This document shows positions 61,496 to 64,000 of a DNA stretch of 64,000 bases, one piece after another. The DNA is taken from the NCBI GenBank assembly GCA_020352775.1, contig CP070684.1, positions 660,469 through 724,468 on the forward strand, in the 5' to 3' direction. The notes beneath the pieces were generated by a model that was not told the DNA's origin, made no database searches, and saw nothing but the letters and a program-made list of their open reading frames with translations. Every line of letters starts with the position of its first letter. The stretch's first letter is position 1. This DNA comes from Candidatus Omnitrophota bacterium. GTDB lineage: Bacteria > Omnitrophota > Gorgyraeia > Duberdicusellales > 4484-171. The position numbers and the translations under genes were made by a program.

Positions 61496-62239
61496 CTATT
61501 TCTTCTCCATAAAGACGCGAAAGAGATCAATTGGTACCGGAACTATTACCACCGATGATTTTTCTGAAGAGATCTCAACCAGAGTTTGAAGATATCTCAT
61601 CTGAAGCGCCATGGGGTGGTGAGCAATTATTGTGGCAGCCTCTTTTAGCTTATCCGCAGCTTGTTGTTCTCCCGCGGCTGCGATTACCTTTGCGCGACGC
61701 TCACGCTCTGCCTCTGCCTGGCGTGCCATTGCCCGGCGCATCTCATCCGGTAAATCAACATGTTTTACTTCAACTACCGATACTTTTATCCCCCAGGGGT
61801 CGGTTTGTTTATCAATAATTCCCTGCAAAGAAGAGTTTATTTTTTCCCGGTTTGAAAGAAGTTCATCGAGCTCAACCTGGCCCACTACACTTCTTAAAGT
61901 GGTTTGTGAAATCTGTGAAGTGGCAAAGTCATAATCTTCTACTTCAACTATTGCTTTTATGGGGTCCATTACGCGATAATAAACCACTGCGTTTAGCTTT
62001 ACGGAAACATTATCTTTGGTGATGATGTCCTGAGGAGGAACGTCTAAAGTGATGGTGCGTAGCGACAGCTTAACGAGTCTATCAATGGGCCAGAGAATAA
62101 AAAATATCCCTGGGCCCTTGGGCTCTCTCAGTACCCTTCCTAACCGAAATATTACAGCGCGTTCATATTCTTGTATAATTTTTATACAGTTAAATAAATA
62201 GGCCACTGCAACCAGAACTAGAATTAGAGTGCTACTCAT
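61496..62239 (-). CDS. SPFH/band-7 (stomatin-like) protein
   Basis: N-terminal TM helix. [12 protein letters not shown], and [18 protein letters not shown]. Confidence 0.9.
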   Translation of the reverse strand: MSSTLILVLVAVAYLFNCIKIIQEYERAVIFRLGRVLREPKGPGIFFILWPIDRLVKLSLRTITLDVPPQDIITKDNVSVKLNAVVYYRVMDPIKAIVEVEDYDFATSQISQTTLRSVVGQVELDELLSNREKINSSLQGIIDKQTDPWGIKVSVVEVKHVDLPDEMRRAMARQAEAERERRAKVIAAAGEQQAADKLKEAATIIAHHPMALQMRYLQTLVEISSEKSSVVIVPVPIDLFRVFMEKK

Positions 62240-63561
62240 TGTTCCTCCTTTCTTTTTACCAATAACTTAAGACCCTTGATATTTTCTACTATGATTGCTT
62301 CACCCTTTTTTATAGGCTCTAAAGAATAAGCATTCCAAAGCTCACCATGGATAAGGACTTTTCCTTGTTTATGAATATGGGTTTGAGCAATACCTTCTTC
62401 GGCCAATAACCCTTCTTTTCCTACACGGGATTTTACTAATTGAGCTGAGATTACTTTCTTTAGAAGAAATATAGTCAGAGCTGCCAGGAATATAATAACC
62501 GGCGCAAACACTTTAAAAGAAACCTTTATAAGCAAAGGTTGATTAAAGAGCATCACCGAGCCAAAAAAGAGAGAAATCACTGCCCCTAAAGTAAATATTC
62601 CAAAAGTAGGCGTGAATGCTTCGATGTCTAAAAAAAGCACTCCCAAGATAATGAGCGCTACTCCGGCATAGTTTATGGGAAGGACACTAAAAGCATAAAA
62701 AGCAAGAATCAAGAATATAAGACCAATAACCCCCGGAACGCCAAAACCAGGATGGGTGATTTCAAAAAGCAGCCCCAAGAATCCTAAGGTCAACAGCAGA
62801 TAGGCAATATTTGGTTCTATGACCATATGAAGAAATTGCTCGCGCTTAGTAAGTGGAATTTCTTCAATGGAGGAGCTTTTAATGGAAATCTTTGTTTCAC
62901 CTTTAGCGGTAATTACGGTTTCACCATCTATTTCTTTAAGAAGGTCATTTAGATCCTGCGCAATAAAATCACACACCCCTTCTTTGAGTGCTTCTTTTTC
63001 AGTAATGGAAGTGCTTTCTTCAATGGCTTCTTTTATAAAGGAAAAGGGCCTGTTTCTTTGGGTGGCTATTGTTTCTGCCCAGGCCAGGGTATCATTTATG
63101 ATTTTATCTTTTGTTTCTTGGCCCAGGGTACCCCAGCTGCCCCCTCCTATTACAGGATGGGCTGCACCCAGATGAGTTGAGGGGCTCATGGCAAAGATAT
63201 GAGCTGCATAACTGATAAATACTCCGGCACTGGCTGCTCTGCCTCCTTTGGGATGGATATAAGCAATTACAGGGACAGGGGAGTTTAGGAGCAATTTTAC
63301 AATTTTTTCCGTGGACTTAAGAAGTCCACCCGGAGTATCTATTTTAAGAATGAGGATAGAATTTTCTGTCTCTGCTTTTTTTAGGCCTCGTTCGATGTAG
63401 TCAGCAGTAACGGGGTTGATAAGGTGCTCTTTTACAGTGAGTATTTTTATGTTTGTTTGGCCAGAAGCCAGGAGCGGCAGGGCTAATATAGAAAGTGTAA
63501 TGAAGAGAACCAGGGGTTTTTTCATCGATTTTAACTTACCATATAGAGGAGTAAAAATCAA
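62236..63561 (-). CDS. NfeD-family membrane-bound ClpP-class serine protease
   Basis: Signal peptide, a ClpP-like domain (IDTPGGLL...AASAG), 4-5 TM helices and a C-terminal OB NfeD domain ([12 protein letters not shown]). Overlaps the SPFH gene. Confidence 0.85.
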   Translation of the reverse strand: MIFTPLYGKLKSMKKPLVLFITLSILALPLLASGQTNIKILTVKEHLINPVTADYIERGLKKAETENSILILKIDTPGGLLKSTEKIVKLLLNSPVPVIAYIHPKGGRAASAGVFISYAAHIFAMSPSTHLGAAHPVIGGGSWGTLGQETKDKIINDTLAWAETIATQRNRPFSFIKEAIEESTSITEKEALKEGVCDFIAQDLNDLLKEIDGETVITAKGETKISIKSSSIEEIPLTKREQFLHMVIEPNIAYLLLTLGFLGLLFEITHPGFGVPGVIGLIFLILAFYAFSVLPINYAGVALIILGVLFLDIEAFTPTFGIFTLGAVISLFFGSVMLFNQPLLIKVSFKVFAPVIIFLAALTIFLLKKVISAQLVKSRVGKEGLLAEEGIAQTHIHKQGKVLIHGELWNAYSLEPIKKGEAIIVENIKGLKLLVKRKEEQ

Positions 63562-63726
63562 TATATTTCTCGTCCGGCAAGCACGGACTCTTGGTTTACA
63601 ACCATCTGGGCAGCAATGAGATGTGTAAATTTTCTTCCTGGAGACGCTCTTTTGTTTATAAAATGTAAACGCTTTCTTGACATTTAATATTTAATATGTT
63701 ATATACTAATAACAATATTTATATAA

Positions 63727-64000
63727 ATGGAAGTAATCAAAAGGGTTGCATTAATAGATTTTGTCTTTCTAATCGTCTGTCTAAGAATACTTTATATTGC
63801 TATCATCCAGGGTGTTTTAAGAGAAGCCTTCCGGCTGGGGGGGATTTTTTGTGGGTCAGTCCTTGCATTTCATTTTTATCCCCAACTCGCAAAAACTATA
63901 GAAGTTAATTTACCTTTGGTAGGCCAGAAATATTTTGCTCTGGCCGCTTTTATTCTTATCTTCCTAGGAGCAAAAACAGCATTTTATCTTGTAGCTAAAA
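63727..64000 (+). CDS. cvpA: CvpA-family membrane protein (5' partial, runs off window)
   Basis: Not in the ORF track because it has no stop. Hand translation gives MEVIKRVALIDFVFLIVCLRILYIAIIQGVLREAFRLGGIFCGSVLAFHFY... Preceded by TTGACA, a 17-nt spacer, then TATATA. Confidence 0.6.
   Translation, partial: MEVIKRVALIDFVFLIVCLRILYIAIIQGVLREAFRLGGIFCGSVLAFHFYPQLAKTIEVNLPLVGQKYFALAAFILIFLGAKTAFYLVAK

Overview
This window looks like the chromosomal replication-origin region of an AT-leaning bacterium. The gene content has a strong archaeal flavour (A/V-type ATPase, endonuclease Q, MJ1102-type dUTPase, THEP1 NTPase, PAC2, UPF0280). That would fit an uncultivated lineage, but this is inference only.

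Layout:
- 1-10.3 kb: every gene is on the minus strand. This stretch holds a TIGR04073-like protein with three glycosyltransferase-like genes, four tRNAs, and rpoZ-gmk-yicC-ndk-parB-parA, then a spacer with three parS-like palindromes, then yidC-yidD-rpmH.
- 10.3-10.6 kb: an AT-rich spacer with tandem DnaA-box-like repeats.
- 10.6-57.0 kb: essentially every gene is on the plus strand. In order: dnaA-dnaN-DUF721-gyrB-gyrA, nagB, yvcK, rsmI, a pyrR-pyrB-pyrC block with a PyrR-type leader, DNA and nucleotide hygiene genes, pabBC, pyrK/pyrD/pyrF, a complete A/V-type ATPase operon, thrS-infC-rpmI-rplT, trk genes, pheST, rarA and an archaeal-type cluster.
- 57-63.6 kb: minus strand again, with an MBL hydrolase, tRNA-Leu, a FIST/histidine-kinase/GGDEF-response-regulator module and an SPFH/NfeD pair.

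I saw no CRISPR array, transposase, integrase or recognisable defence island.

The observations most worth a second look:
- Two conserved genes, fpg and the V-ATPase a-subunit, are each interrupted by one in-frame stop codon.
- A GC-rich, highly structured ~250-nt element sits after pheT. Its ends are complementary and I could not assign it to a class.
- rpmH overlaps yidD, so rnpA is missing from its canonical slot.
- The pyrR leader combines a PyrR box, a Shine-Dalgarno-led mini-ORF and a terminator.
- One protein fuses a THEP1-type NTPase to a YjeF_N epimerase domain.

All functional calls rest on motif and family recognition by eye. No database searches were run.
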